Source: an uncultured virus (IMG/VR IMGVR_UViG_3300027747_004323)
Lineage: Duplodnaviria; Heunggongvirae; Uroviricota; Caudoviricetes
Length of the DNA stretch: 64,000 nucleotides
IMG/VR virus record: IMGVR_UViG_3300027747_004323
Reading direction: 5' to 3' (one strand)
Part shown: positions 37,987-45,677 of the stretch, piece after piece
Layout of the letters: every line of letters starts with the position of its first letter
Numbering within the stretch: position 1 is the first letter of the stretch
The notes under the pieces: generated by a model
Database searches by the model: none
Told to the model about the DNA's origin: nothing
Seen by the model: the letters and a program-made list of their open reading frames with translations, nothing else
Position numbers and translations under genes: made by a program

Positions 37987-37987
37987 T

Positions 37988-38062
37988 TGGTTGCAGAGGC
38001 AGGAATTGAACCTGCGATCTTCTGGGTATGAACCAGACGGGATGCCACTTCCCCACTCTGCG
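37988..38062 (-). tRNA. tRNA-Met(CAT), initiator-like
   Basis: CGCAGAG.../...CTCTGCA-A-CCA with C1:A72 mismatch; anticodon arm TCTGG-TT-CAT-AC-CCAGA; T-loop GTTCAAT. Confidence 0.88.
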
Positions 38063-38090
38063 TCAACTTCAGTATCATACACTAGATCTG

Positions 38091-38164
38091 TGGGACGTAC
38101 ACGACTCGAACGTGTGACCTCAACTTTATCAGAGTTGCTATCTAACCAACTGATATAACGTCCC
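38091..38164 (-). tRNA. tRNA-Ile(GAT)
   Basis: GGGACGT/ACGTCCC-A acceptor, D-arm TATC-AGTTGGTTA-GATA, anticodon arm CAACT-CT-GAT-AA-AGTTG, T-arm ACACG-TTCGAGT-CGTGT. Confidence 0.9.
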
Positions 38165-38243
38165 GACTTTCCTTCTTGCCTTCAGACACTGAGAGGTGGT
38201 GAGACTTGATCTAACTGAATCAAGTAGGAAACTCACTCTTAGG

Positions 38244-38616
38244 TGGAGGTGCCGGGAATCGAACCCGGGTCCACCACGACTCTTTCAAACACATCGTCCA
38301 CAAGCTTGGAATGAGTTTATCGACCTCATCCTCGTCTAGAAAGTTCTCACCTATGTGTTCGGGTAGAGGGCTTCCAACCTTCCCTATCCTGGGACCCACC
38401 ATCCCAGTCGATCCACCCCAAACAACGGGGGTAACTACATTCTTCGGAACGATTCTTTTTCTAGGCCGTTCCCGCCCATTCCTCAGGCCGCGAGGGCCAT
38501 CGGAGCGATGCCGTTGTCGTTGGCGTCTATACGTCATTTGGGTTTTGATCGGGACCCTCATGCACCCGAGCCTGCTGCGTCTGCCTTCGTCGCGATGTCG
38601 AAACCTGATCACCCCC
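38244..38616 (-). ncRNA. ssrA: tmRNA (one-piece), tag ANDNGIAPMALAA
   Basis: 5' GGGGGTGATCAGGTTTCGAC; 3' GGGTTCGATTCCCGGCACCTCCA; acceptor with G3:U; tag ORF 38524-38483 ends ALAA-TGA; 373 nt. Confidence 0.93.
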
Positions 38617-38621
38617 GAAGT

Positions 38622-38906
38622 CTACTTCCAAGACTTCTTAGACTTCATCGATGCGACTTTCGGTCGCGCCGATCCTGCAATAGCTATGTTCTTCTGAGAG
38701 AGCTCTTCAATCCTTTTTGACTCTGACTCTGCCCATACTCCGAACTTCTCCTTTGAGACCCTCTCGTCTTCCCTCTCGAGAGTATCGAGGATGGGATTCT
38801 TGATCTTTATGAGAAGCTTGGACTGATCTTGAGGATCTGGAAGCGGATGATTGAGGAGTGTCTCGAGAATGTGAAGGAGTTCCGTGGCCGTCAACGTCAC
38901 ATTCAT
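38622..38906 (-). CDS. Hypothetical protein
   Basis: Start MNVTLTATELL after GAGGAG, ATGA overlap with upstream stop. Confidence 0.6.
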   Translation of the reverse strand: MNVTLTATELLHILETLLNHPLPDPQDQSKLLIKIKNPILDTLEREDERVSKEKFGVWAESESKRIEELSQKNIAIAGSARPKVASMKSKKSWK

Positions 38907-39484
38907 GACTCCTCCTCGTCGGGCGAACCGAAGCCATAGACCGTGTTGGAGACGATCGTCTGCCAAGACTTTGGGAACTTCCTGACTTCGAACGTGTGAC
39001 ACTCAGCCTCGTCGTACAGCTCGATCGAGGTAGGAGTGAGACGTACCCTGACGACTGAATCGATGATCATGGTTCCTTCATCGAGGAGTACATCGACGGA
39101 GTTCTCCTCTCCGACGTCCTCGAACTCCAGAGTGACCTTGTCGCCCGAAGGTGACGTCACTTTGATCGCAGGAAGCTCAGCGAACTCAGCAGGTGGTGCA
39201 TATAGCTGCACCTCGGGAAGATCCTCTTCTTCCTCGTCACTCTCGTCTTCTTCGTCTTCCTGGTCCTCTTCGTCCTCCTCCGACGTGTCGTCGTACGGCT
39301 CATCCGAGGAGACAGTTTCCACGTCATCTTCAGACTCGTCATCTTCGGCAGACAAGAGGAAGTCGGACATGTCGTCCAGAATGTCTTCGAGGTGCTCTGT
39401 CACGCTTTCGCTCATCTTCTGCGTCGAAGCACAGTGGAACAAGACACCGTAAAGGAACAGTGCATCAGGCTTGGTAAGTTTCAT
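38903..39484 (-). CDS. Highly acidic hypothetical protein
   Basis: Long Asp/Glu tract; GGAGG upstream of MKLTKPD (alternative start 39499). Confidence 0.65.
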   Translation of the reverse strand: MKLTKPDALFLYGVLFHCASTQKMSESVTEHLEDILDDMSDFLLSAEDDESEDDVETVSSDEPYDDTSEEDEEDQEDEEDESDEEEEDLPEVQLYAPPAEFAELPAIKVTSPSGDKVTLEFEDVGEENSVDVLLDEGTMIIDSVVRVRLTPTSIELYDEAECHTFEVRKFPKSWQTIVSNTVYGFGSPDEEES

Positions 39485-39506
39485 GTCATTGCCTCCCATT
39501 AAAGCA

Positions 39507-39534
39507 GAACGGCAAGCATTGCTGCTTGCCGTTC
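39507..39534. terminator. Intergenic hairpin (terminator-like)
   Basis: GAACGGCAAGCA-TTGC-TGCTTGCCGTTC, 12-bp perfect stem. Confidence 0.5.
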
Positions 39535-39553
39535 CAATCGCATCCTACTTCTT

Positions 39554-39820
39554 TCAGCAGGCCTTGTCGGCGGCCTGATAGTGCTTCTGAAGCATCCTGT
39601 AGATCGTGCGAGCAGTTCTACCATCGAAGCTGTAGGACTCGCCCGTCGGCGTGTCGATGAAGAGACGCGTCGAATCGTTGCGGGGATTCGTGCTGATAGC
39701 GACGGAGACAGTGTCCTGATCACGACGGAACGTCTCGGTGCGGAGGTTGCCTCGGCGGTCCTCGCGGGTACGAATCGAAGCGCTGCGGTTCTGGGCGACG
39801 GTGTTCTTCTTGTTAGCCAT
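39554..39820 (-). CDS. Basic hypothetical protein
   Basis: 88 aa, GAGGAG Shine-Dalgarno, sigma70-like promoter upstream. Confidence 0.65.
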   Translation of the reverse strand: MANKKNTVAQNRSASIRTREDRRGNLRTETFRRDQDTVSVAISTNPRNDSTRLFIDTPTGESYSFDGRTARTIYRMLQKHYQAADKAC

Positions 39821-39866
39821 GTTCTTTATCTCCTCGAGACGTATTGATTGGCGTCTCGTTGGTATG

Positions 39867-39896
39867 ATAGTAGTCTTGGCCCCCGGTCTTGTTCAA
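39867..39896 (-). promoter_or_regulatory. sigma70-like promoter
   Basis: TTGAAC-18 nt-TACTAT upstream of 39820. Confidence 0.45.
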
Positions 39897-40264
39897 GAAG
39901 TTTTGTCCTCCTCTGACTCGTAAGAACTCTGTAGATCTAGCATGGTTCCCCACACCTTTCCGCAGAGATGTGCGCGGAAGGGTCCCATCTTCGTGTAGAC
40001 GGTGTCCTTGAAGTTGTCGTAGTCTATTGACTTCGCGATCGAAGAGACGACAGTCGACCATGCGTCGTCGGACACCTCGATGCGGCTGCCGTAGTCGGCA
40101 GAAGGCGTCAACTTCACGGAAGACTTGTCGAGAGAGAGAACAGTTCCGTACTTGTCGACAAGATTGTAGAGGTCCTGAGGGGACCGGGCACGGACTACGA
40201 GGTGATCGTGACGCGTCCTGTGACGCACGACGGAGAAGAAGCCGAAATCGGTGAATATCCACAT
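39893..40264 (-). CDS. Hypothetical protein
   Basis: MWIFTDFGFFSVV..LVVRAR..ADY..R..IDYDNFK; extended -10 TGGTAAGAT 6 nt upstream. Confidence 0.7.
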   Translation of the reverse strand: MWIFTDFGFFSVVRHRTRHDHLVVRARSPQDLYNLVDKYGTVLSLDKSSVKLTPSADYGSRIEVSDDAWSTVVSSIAKSIDYDNFKDTVYTKMGPFRAHLCGKVWGTMLDLQSSYESEEDKTS

Positions 40265-40295
40265 GTGGTAATCTTACCACGCAGGGGACGAAATT

Positions 40296-41393
40296 TCACA
40301 GAAGGCTGCTTATCAGGAGACGAAGTTCCGACTCAGAAATAACGTCGCCGTAACTCAATGCTGTTACACTCGTTCCATTTCTTCCGTTTATTCTGAGCGT
40401 CTTCTGGGCGACCTCTTGGACTCCCGACGACACCCATGCTGTCCGGTTGGCGACCCTCTTGAAGAAGTCCGCGGCGAGCTTCTTGCCTGCGGCGGCATTT
40501 CCACCTCGATAGCTGTCAGCAAGTGTCTTCAGCGAGTCGATCTCGGCAGGAGTGAAGAACACCTTGAAACCGGGACCGGGACCGCCAGAGGACATGTAGT
40601 CGATGTACTCGAGGACGTCCGAGACGGCCTTGTCGGACGAGGGATCTGCCGCGGCGGTCTTGAACCTCGCGATTGTCTCACGCTCGCGGCCGGCTCGAAC
40701 GATGGCGTAGAACTTCGCCTGGCGCAGCTGTAGGTCTGCATAGGACCGTGAAGGAATCTTGAATCCCCTTCCTCCCGTCACGGTGCCGAACAGGCCCTCC
40801 ATTCGGGACCCACCGAGGGTGGGAGGTATCTTGCCGCTGTCGACAAGATCCATGAGAAGTTCTTCGACTTCGAGCGTCTCCGCCTTCGTCGCGCTGCCCG
40901 AGGCGGCCTTGCGCCGAAACGACTTGAGAATCTTCTTCGTCTCGGGATCTGACACGATTCCTCCGACTGCCTTCCTGATGGAGTCCTTCGTGTAGAAGAC
41001 GACGGAAGTCTGTGCTGCATTCAAGGCGTCAGCGACAGCCTTGCTCATGACGCCACCGTATTCCACCGCCGTCACGGCGGCACTGAGGGGATAGTCGATG
41101 TAGTCAGGCCGCTTGGACTTCTTCAGCACCTCGAACTGATACCTGACCGTCTTCTTGACGGGCGGATGGTGCCGTTCGAGAGCTTCCTCGAGGTCGGGGA
41201 AATATCCGCCTCCGCCCGTAGGACTACCTGTCTTTATCGCGTAGTCGACAGACCCGTCGGGCTTCACAATGGCGGTGAGGTGCTGACCCGCCATCTTCTC
41301 GGTGAATTCGGCGGTCGTTTCTCCGCCGAGGAATGCATCGACGACGGAGGCGGCCGCCTCAGGAGACAGGTCCCTGAAGCGAGGAGTCGGCAT
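40296..41393 (-). CDS. Hypothetical protein, possibly degenerate nucleotidyltransferase/ligase-like fold
   Basis: TEKMAGQHL resembles the KxDG motif; later MEGLF and FKI; C-terminal ISESELRLLISSLL. Confidence 0.55.
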   Translation of the reverse strand: MPTPRFRDLSPEAAASVVDAFLGGETTAEFTEKMAGQHLTAIVKPDGSVDYAIKTGSPTGGGGYFPDLEEALERHHPPVKKTVRYQFEVLKKSKRPDYIDYPLSAAVTAVEYGGVMSKAVADALNAAQTSVVFYTKDSIRKAVGGIVSDPETKKILKSFRRKAASGSATKAETLEVEELLMDLVDSGKIPPTLGGSRMEGLFGTVTGGRGFKIPSRSYADLQLRQAKFYAIVRAGRERETIARFKTAAADPSSDKAVSDVLEYIDYMSSGGPGPGFKVFFTPAEIDSLKTLADSYRGGNAAAGKKLAADFFKRVANRTAWVSSGVQEVAQKTLRINGRNGTSVTALSYGDVISESELRLLISSLL

Positions 41394-41394
41394 C

Positions 41395-42357
41395 TCAACC
41401 CTTGATGATTCCTGCCAACTTCTGCCACCTCTCGAGGACGAAGCCTCGCTCCCTTGACTCCTGCTTCTTGACGGCGGACTCGCCAGCCGATGGTGCTACT
41501 TCGGGAGAGTACGGCGGATTGATGTCCATGATGCCTCTGCTGATGTCCTTCGCGACCTGAGCGAGCTGTTCTCCTTCGATCGCAGGCATGTCGATCTTGG
41601 CGGGCATCCATCCCTCGATCGTGCGCAAGTCAGCTGTTTCGTCCCAGTTCTTCTTGACGTGCTCCGCGGCGGCGTCGAGGCTATCGAAGCCTTGCTTCTT
41701 GAAGGACGCGAGGATGTCTTCGGGAGAGGGAAGGAACTTGCCGCCCTTCGAACACATCTCCTTAAACTTCTCTGAGACAGCATCGCCCGTGAGCGATGCG
41801 AGGTTCGTATCGGAAGGCTTGCCCTTGCCGCCGTGCGCCGCCGTCCAGACGTTCAGCACGCCCACGAGCTGTTCACCGGGAAGGTCGACGAGGAGACCTC
41901 CCACCTTCGCGCTAGGGTCCACCATGAGCGTGGCTGCCCAACGGTGATGTCCGTCCATGATGTGACCGTCGGACGAGACGATGGCACCGAGGTCTCCTCC
42001 TGCGCCGCCCGAGAAGCTGCCCATCTTTCCCATCATCTGGATCGCCATTCCCACGAACTTTCCGAAGTCCATCGTGGTCTGACTCGCCTTCATCGCCGTC
42101 GCAGGACGAGAGACGTTTCCCGTGGGGGCAGTGTCGTCCTCCTCCTTCTTGTCTTCCTGACCCTTCGATGCGAGGCCCTTCGCGAGGGTGGGATCAACAT
42201 CGCTCAGCTTCGTGGGAAAGAGCTTGGGATCGATCTTGGCGGGGTCTGCGTCCTCGAGGAGGAAACGCAGGGAGTACCTGCTGCGGCGGTTCTCGGAGAC
42301 GAGCTTCCTCGTCTCTCTGGCGATGATGCTTCTCAGTCTTGTCTCGGTGAGTCTCAT
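41395..42357 (-). CDS. Leader-bearing protein with ParB/Srx-like domain
   Basis: MRLTETRLRSIIARE leader; KASQ..IVSSDGHIMDGHHRWAA. Confidence 0.7.
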   Translation of the reverse strand: MRLTETRLRSIIARETRKLVSENRRSRYSLRFLLEDADPAKIDPKLFPTKLSDVDPTLAKGLASKGQEDKKEEDDTAPTGNVSRPATAMKASQTTMDFGKFVGMAIQMMGKMGSFSGGAGGDLGAIVSSDGHIMDGHHRWAATLMVDPSAKVGGLLVDLPGEQLVGVLNVWTAAHGGKGKPSDTNLASLTGDAVSEKFKEMCSKGGKFLPSPEDILASFKKQGFDSLDAAAEHVKKNWDETADLRTIEGWMPAKIDMPAIEGEQLAQVAKDISRGIMDINPPYSPEVAPSAGESAVKKQESRERGFVLERWQKLAGIIKG

Positions 42358-42370
42358 GGAGGATGTCCTT

Positions 42371-42724
42371 TCAGGCGCCGACGGCCTTCGCGACCTTTGC
42401 GGTCTCGGTTGAAGAAGTCTTCTTCTCGCTCATCATACTGTCGACGATGGACATGATCTGCGTGAAGTATTTCTTGATCTGGTCGGCGTTGATGTTGGCC
42501 GCCTTCTCGTCGATGTCTCCCAAGATGCTGCCCAGCGTCTTCATCGAAGTGGCGAAGGCGTTGAGACCCGTGGGAGGGCTGCTCGCGAAGGCCTTCAGCT
42601 TCTTCTTCTGCTGGTCGGTGAGACCCGAGGCGCCTGCCGAACCCGAGGCAGCGTCTTCGGCCTCCAGGATCCTGCTGACTTCTTCTTTGATAATTAGACG
42701 CAACTGCTGTGGTGTCATCTTCAT
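42371..42724 (-). CDS. Hypothetical protein with LRxIIxEE leader
   Basis: MKMTPQQLRLIIKEEVSRILEA; ATG 5 nt after ATACTTA. Confidence 0.7.
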   Translation of the reverse strand: MKMTPQQLRLIIKEEVSRILEAEDAASGSAGASGLTDQQKKKLKAFASSPPTGLNAFATSMKTLGSILGDIDEKAANINADQIKKYFTQIMSIVDSMMSEKKTSSTETAKVAKAVGA

Positions 42725-42875
42725 GTCGTTAAGTATGCGGGGACGAAGCATTTTTTCTTGAGGCGGAGGCACATGTCGAATATTGACTCTCTGCGAACAC
42801 TTATTCGACCACTGGGTTACACAAGTATTTTGTGAAGAATATTCTGGGTGTAAGCCTGAAGACTCACAGAGACAA

Positions 42876-42909
42876 GAAGACCGCCGAACCGTGAGGCAGG
42901 GCGGTCTTC
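42876..42909 (-). terminator. Terminator-like hairpin
   Basis: GAAGACCGCC...GGCGGTCTTC 10-bp stem downstream of 42929 ORF. Confidence 0.55.
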
Positions 42910-42928
42910 CTCGTTCCCGGTCCTAGGA

Positions 42929-43459
42929 TCACGTTACAATCGTGAGCGGATCGTTGGTCACCGCATGGAGGAACCAGTGGCTGCCGTTGCAGACGACTTC
43001 CATGAAATCTCCTCCTTGAAGGGCTACACCGAAAGCAACGGATATTGCAGCAGTGACCTTTTGCCCTTCGGCTTTTTCAGCTTGCTCATTGTTTGTGTTG
43101 ATGGCATTGCCGTAGATCTTTGCGGCCCCGGCGGGAACCTGGATCTTGTGGGCATATGCAGCACCAGCATACATCTTGAAGTGAAGTCCTCGGGCCGGCG
43201 CTGGAAGCGTGAACGTCTGAGCAGACCCTCCATCAGCGATGAGAATGGCTCCGCTCTCTGCTGAAGTGAGTACGACACCGGTTTGAATAATCTGTTTACG
43301 ACCGCCTGTCTGAGTGACGCCGGCCATCGCGAGGTAGGTGCCGCTGAGTGTGAGGTTGGCCTTGATGGCGGTGTCCTCAGAGATTGAAAGGGCACCCGTT
43401 CCCGTCGTGGCAGACTGGACGACGCCCTGTGCGTCGTCGATCGTTGTTGCGATTGACAT
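42929..43459 (-). CDS. Putative virion decoration/fibre protein
   Basis: Beta-rich, Ala/Gly/Thr-rich; LTSAESGAIL..TFTLPAP..GLHFK..GDFMEVVCNGSHWF; own ATATTTA motif and GGAGG. Confidence 0.55.
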   Translation of the reverse strand: MSIATTIDDAQGVVQSATTGTGALSISEDTAIKANLTLSGTYLAMAGVTQTGGRKQIIQTGVVLTSAESGAILIADGGSAQTFTLPAPARGLHFKMYAGAAYAHKIQVPAGAAKIYGNAINTNNEQAEKAEGQKVTAAISVAFGVALQGGDFMEVVCNGSHWFLHAVTNDPLTIVT

Positions 43460-43524
43460 GTGAAATCCTCCTAGATCATCGATGATGATTCACGTCTAAA
43501 TATGGCGTCGGGAGGCGATTTGAC

Positions 43525-43986
43525 TCACTTGTGAGACATCGCGGAACGGAAGGCAGGGCTTCCTATCGCATGATGCTTGCCCTCGATCTGGTAGAAGAGG
43601 TTGTGTCCCTTCTCCAGTGCCCACTGGATCAACCAGTTGAGGGTCTTCACGTCGAGCTTTCCTCGGGCCTCCGCCACCTCGTAGTGTGTGAGGTCGGAAC
43701 GAGAAGGCAGTACGATGCGTGAGATGATGACGCCGCTGACGTCGGGTCGCATCCACACGGGAAATACTTCGTTCTCCACTTTCCATGCACAGTTGTATGT
43801 CTTGCAAGTGGCAGGACGTCCCTCGTAGTCCGTGCAACTTCCCTCGGTGAGGAAGAAGCAAGGACGACCGGGATGCATCTGGTGGCCTCTTATGTCCGCT
43901 GACAGCCAACCCTCGCAACACGCAGTGCATGCCCCACATTCGCGAGACGGCTCTTGGACGATGGGCAGCTTGAAATTGTCGCTCAT
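43525..43986 (-). CDS. CxxCxxCC (YkgJ-like) metal/Fe-S-binding protein
   Basis: RECGACTACC..PCFFL..CTDYEGRPATCKTYNCAW. Confidence 0.75.
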   Translation of the reverse strand: MSDNFKLPIVQEPSRECGACTACCEGWLSADIRGHQMHPGRPCFFLTEGSCTDYEGRPATCKTYNCAWKVENEVFPVWMRPDVSGVIISRIVLPSRSDLTHYEVAEARGKLDVKTLNWLIQWALEKGHNLFYQIEGKHHAIGSPAFRSAMSHK

Positions 43987-44007
43987 GACGACAGATTATA
44001 GAAGGTC

Positions 44008-44670
44008 TCAGAGGCCCAGTGACGACACGAGACGTCGAACGCCGGCGTATTTTTCGTTCCGCATGTCGTCCTTCACGACGGTGGTGTTGTTGGTCTCGAG
44101 TTCCTCGTCCATGTCGGGAACGTGCTGCCACGACAGTACAGAGTGGGGCGACACGTCGAAGCCGAAGAGGCCAAACACTTCCTGCAGACGAGATGCTACT
44201 TCTTGTGACTTCCAGTGCTGTCCGGTGACGACGACGCCGCAGCGTTTGCCCCACAGGGGATTGTCCTCGCCGTATACAGAATGACGATTCTCCAGGGTGT
44301 TCATCCTCTCGATGATGGTCTGGAGGAGGGCCGTGTGGTTTCCCCACCGCACTGAGGTGGCCCACACGACGACATCTGCCCAAGAGAGCGCGTCGTATAT
44401 GGCAGGCATCTCGTCTCTGCCACCGTACTTCTCGGGCTCCTCCGAGGCGTGCTTGTGGGCCCAGCATCGGTACGGTCCTGATTCCGGATCTCCGCACTGT
44501 CGGCCGCCGTCGGCGTAACACGACAGGTTCTTCACGATGTGGAGCTTGTTGGCGTCGATGTACTGCGTCTCGTGACCCACTGAGGCTGCGAGGCGCTCGA
44601 CGAACGACAAGACAGCTCTCGATGAAGACCTTCTCTCGTTCGTCGTCGTAGAAATGAGAAGTACTCTCAA
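44008..44670 (-). CDS. Flavodoxin-like / NAD(P)H-dependent FMN reductase (iron-sulfur flavoprotein-like)
   Basis: TTG start overlapping upstream TGA; RVLLISTT..SSS, Cys cluster CYADGGRQC..CW, DEMPAIYDALSWADVVVWATSVRWG..IERMN..GKRCGVVVTG. Confidence 0.75.
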   Translation of the reverse strand: MRVLLISTTTNERRSSSRAVLSFVERLAASVGHETQYIDANKLHIVKNLSCYADGGRQCGDPESGPYRCWAHKHASEEPEKYGGRDEMPAIYDALSWADVVVWATSVRWGNHTALLQTIIERMNTLENRHSVYGEDNPLWGKRCGVVVTGQHWKSQEVASRLQEVFGLFGFDVSPHSVLSWQHVPDMDEELETNNTTVVKDDMRNEKYAGVRRLVSSLGL

Positions 44671-45191
44671 GACTTCTTCTTCTTTCTCTTGGACTTCTTC
44701 ACGGTCGCCCAGTCCTTCGACGGCGTGGCCGAGTTGACCCGGGCCATCGCCCACTGGTGTTGCGACATCCCCTTGCGAGAGCCCGATGTCGCCCAGGCCG
44801 CGAGGCCCTTCTTGTACTCGGACTCGACCGATCCGGGAGTGAGACCTCTCTTCTCCGCCTTCTTGCGGAGAGTGGCCTTGGTCTTCTTGCTGAGTTCTTC
44901 AGATATCAGCTCAGAGACGAGGTCGCGCAGGAGATCGAGAGACTCCTTCTTCGAGTCCGGACGAGGCTTGTTCTTCCAGCCCGGCTTCTCTCGTTCCTTC
45001 TTCTCCATCTCTTCACGGCGGGCGTATGCTCTCTTGACTCTCTCAGGATCTCCGCTTTCCAGGTCTGCCTTGGTCCGATCGAGCTGTTTGTCCCTCTTGC
45101 TTCCCTGCGGTGCTCCGTACTGAGGAGGATGCTCGGAGTCGTCCTTTTTCGCATCTTCTTGAATGATCAGAAGTTCTAAGAAATCGTCCAT
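44667..45191 (-). CDS. Basic hypothetical protein
   Basis: Start MDDFLELL; internal LLRDLVSELISEE; C-terminal LRKKAEK..YKKGLAAWATSGSRKGMSQHQWAMARVNS. Confidence 0.65.
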   Translation of the reverse strand: MDDFLELLIIQEDAKKDDSEHPPQYGAPQGSKRDKQLDRTKADLESGDPERVKRAYARREEMEKKEREKPGWKNKPRPDSKKESLDLLRDLVSELISEELSKKTKATLRKKAEKRGLTPGSVESEYKKGLAAWATSGSRKGMSQHQWAMARVNSATPSKDWATVKKSKRKKKKS

Positions 45192-45217
45192 GACATTCCT
45201 CTTTTCGTCCGGACCGG

Positions 45218-45646
45218 TCAGACGTGGCCACCGGCGTGCTGACACTTGCCTCCGCCAGCAAAGTACTCCATCCACGGCTTCAGCCGCTTATAGACATAGG
45301 CCTCGTCCTGCGGTGAGCCTTCGTAGAGATATTTCTCTGCCTCTTCTGGAAGTGCTCCCGCACCGACGAGGACCTGAACTGCCTCGTCGTAAGAGTTCAC
45401 CATGCAGCACAGAGCAGTGACCTCTGCTTGGGTCTGAGACGGGTCTTGAGCGAGTATCTCCTCAGCGAGGTCTGCAGGATCATGTCCCTGAAAGGACATG
45501 AAAGTCTGAAGCTCTTCGGGAGTCGCACCTGCAACATACGGGCAACGGGCGGAGGGTGCATCGGCAGGAGCGCGGCGGGCTTCTCTGAGGACTCGTGTCG
45601 CCTCCTCACGGATCAATGAACGGAGTTGCGAGAGTGTAGTTTTCAT
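45218..45646 (-). CDS. Hypothetical protein with LRxLIxEE leader
   Basis: MKTTLSQLRSLIREEATRVLREA; ATG 5 nt after ATAATTA. Confidence 0.7.
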   Translation of the reverse strand: MKTTLSQLRSLIREEATRVLREARRAPADAPSARCPYVAGATPEELQTFMSFQGHDPADLAEEILAQDPSQTQAEVTALCCMVNSYDEAVQVLVGAGALPEEAEKYLYEGSPQDEAYVYKRLKPWMEYFAGGGKCQHAGGHV

Positions 45647-45677
45647 GGGAGTAATTATCCTTGCTAAGAACGGTGTG

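Noticed and set aside
38070..38102. Apparent sigma70 promoter upstream of tRNA-Met
   Set aside because: The putative -35 lies inside the tRNA-Ile 3' end, so it cannot be supported.
37699..38612. ORF-track proteins 37699-38082 (long form), 37805-38056 and 38220-38612
   Set aside because: They overlap tRNA and tmRNA genes; only 37699-37884 is kept as a CDS.
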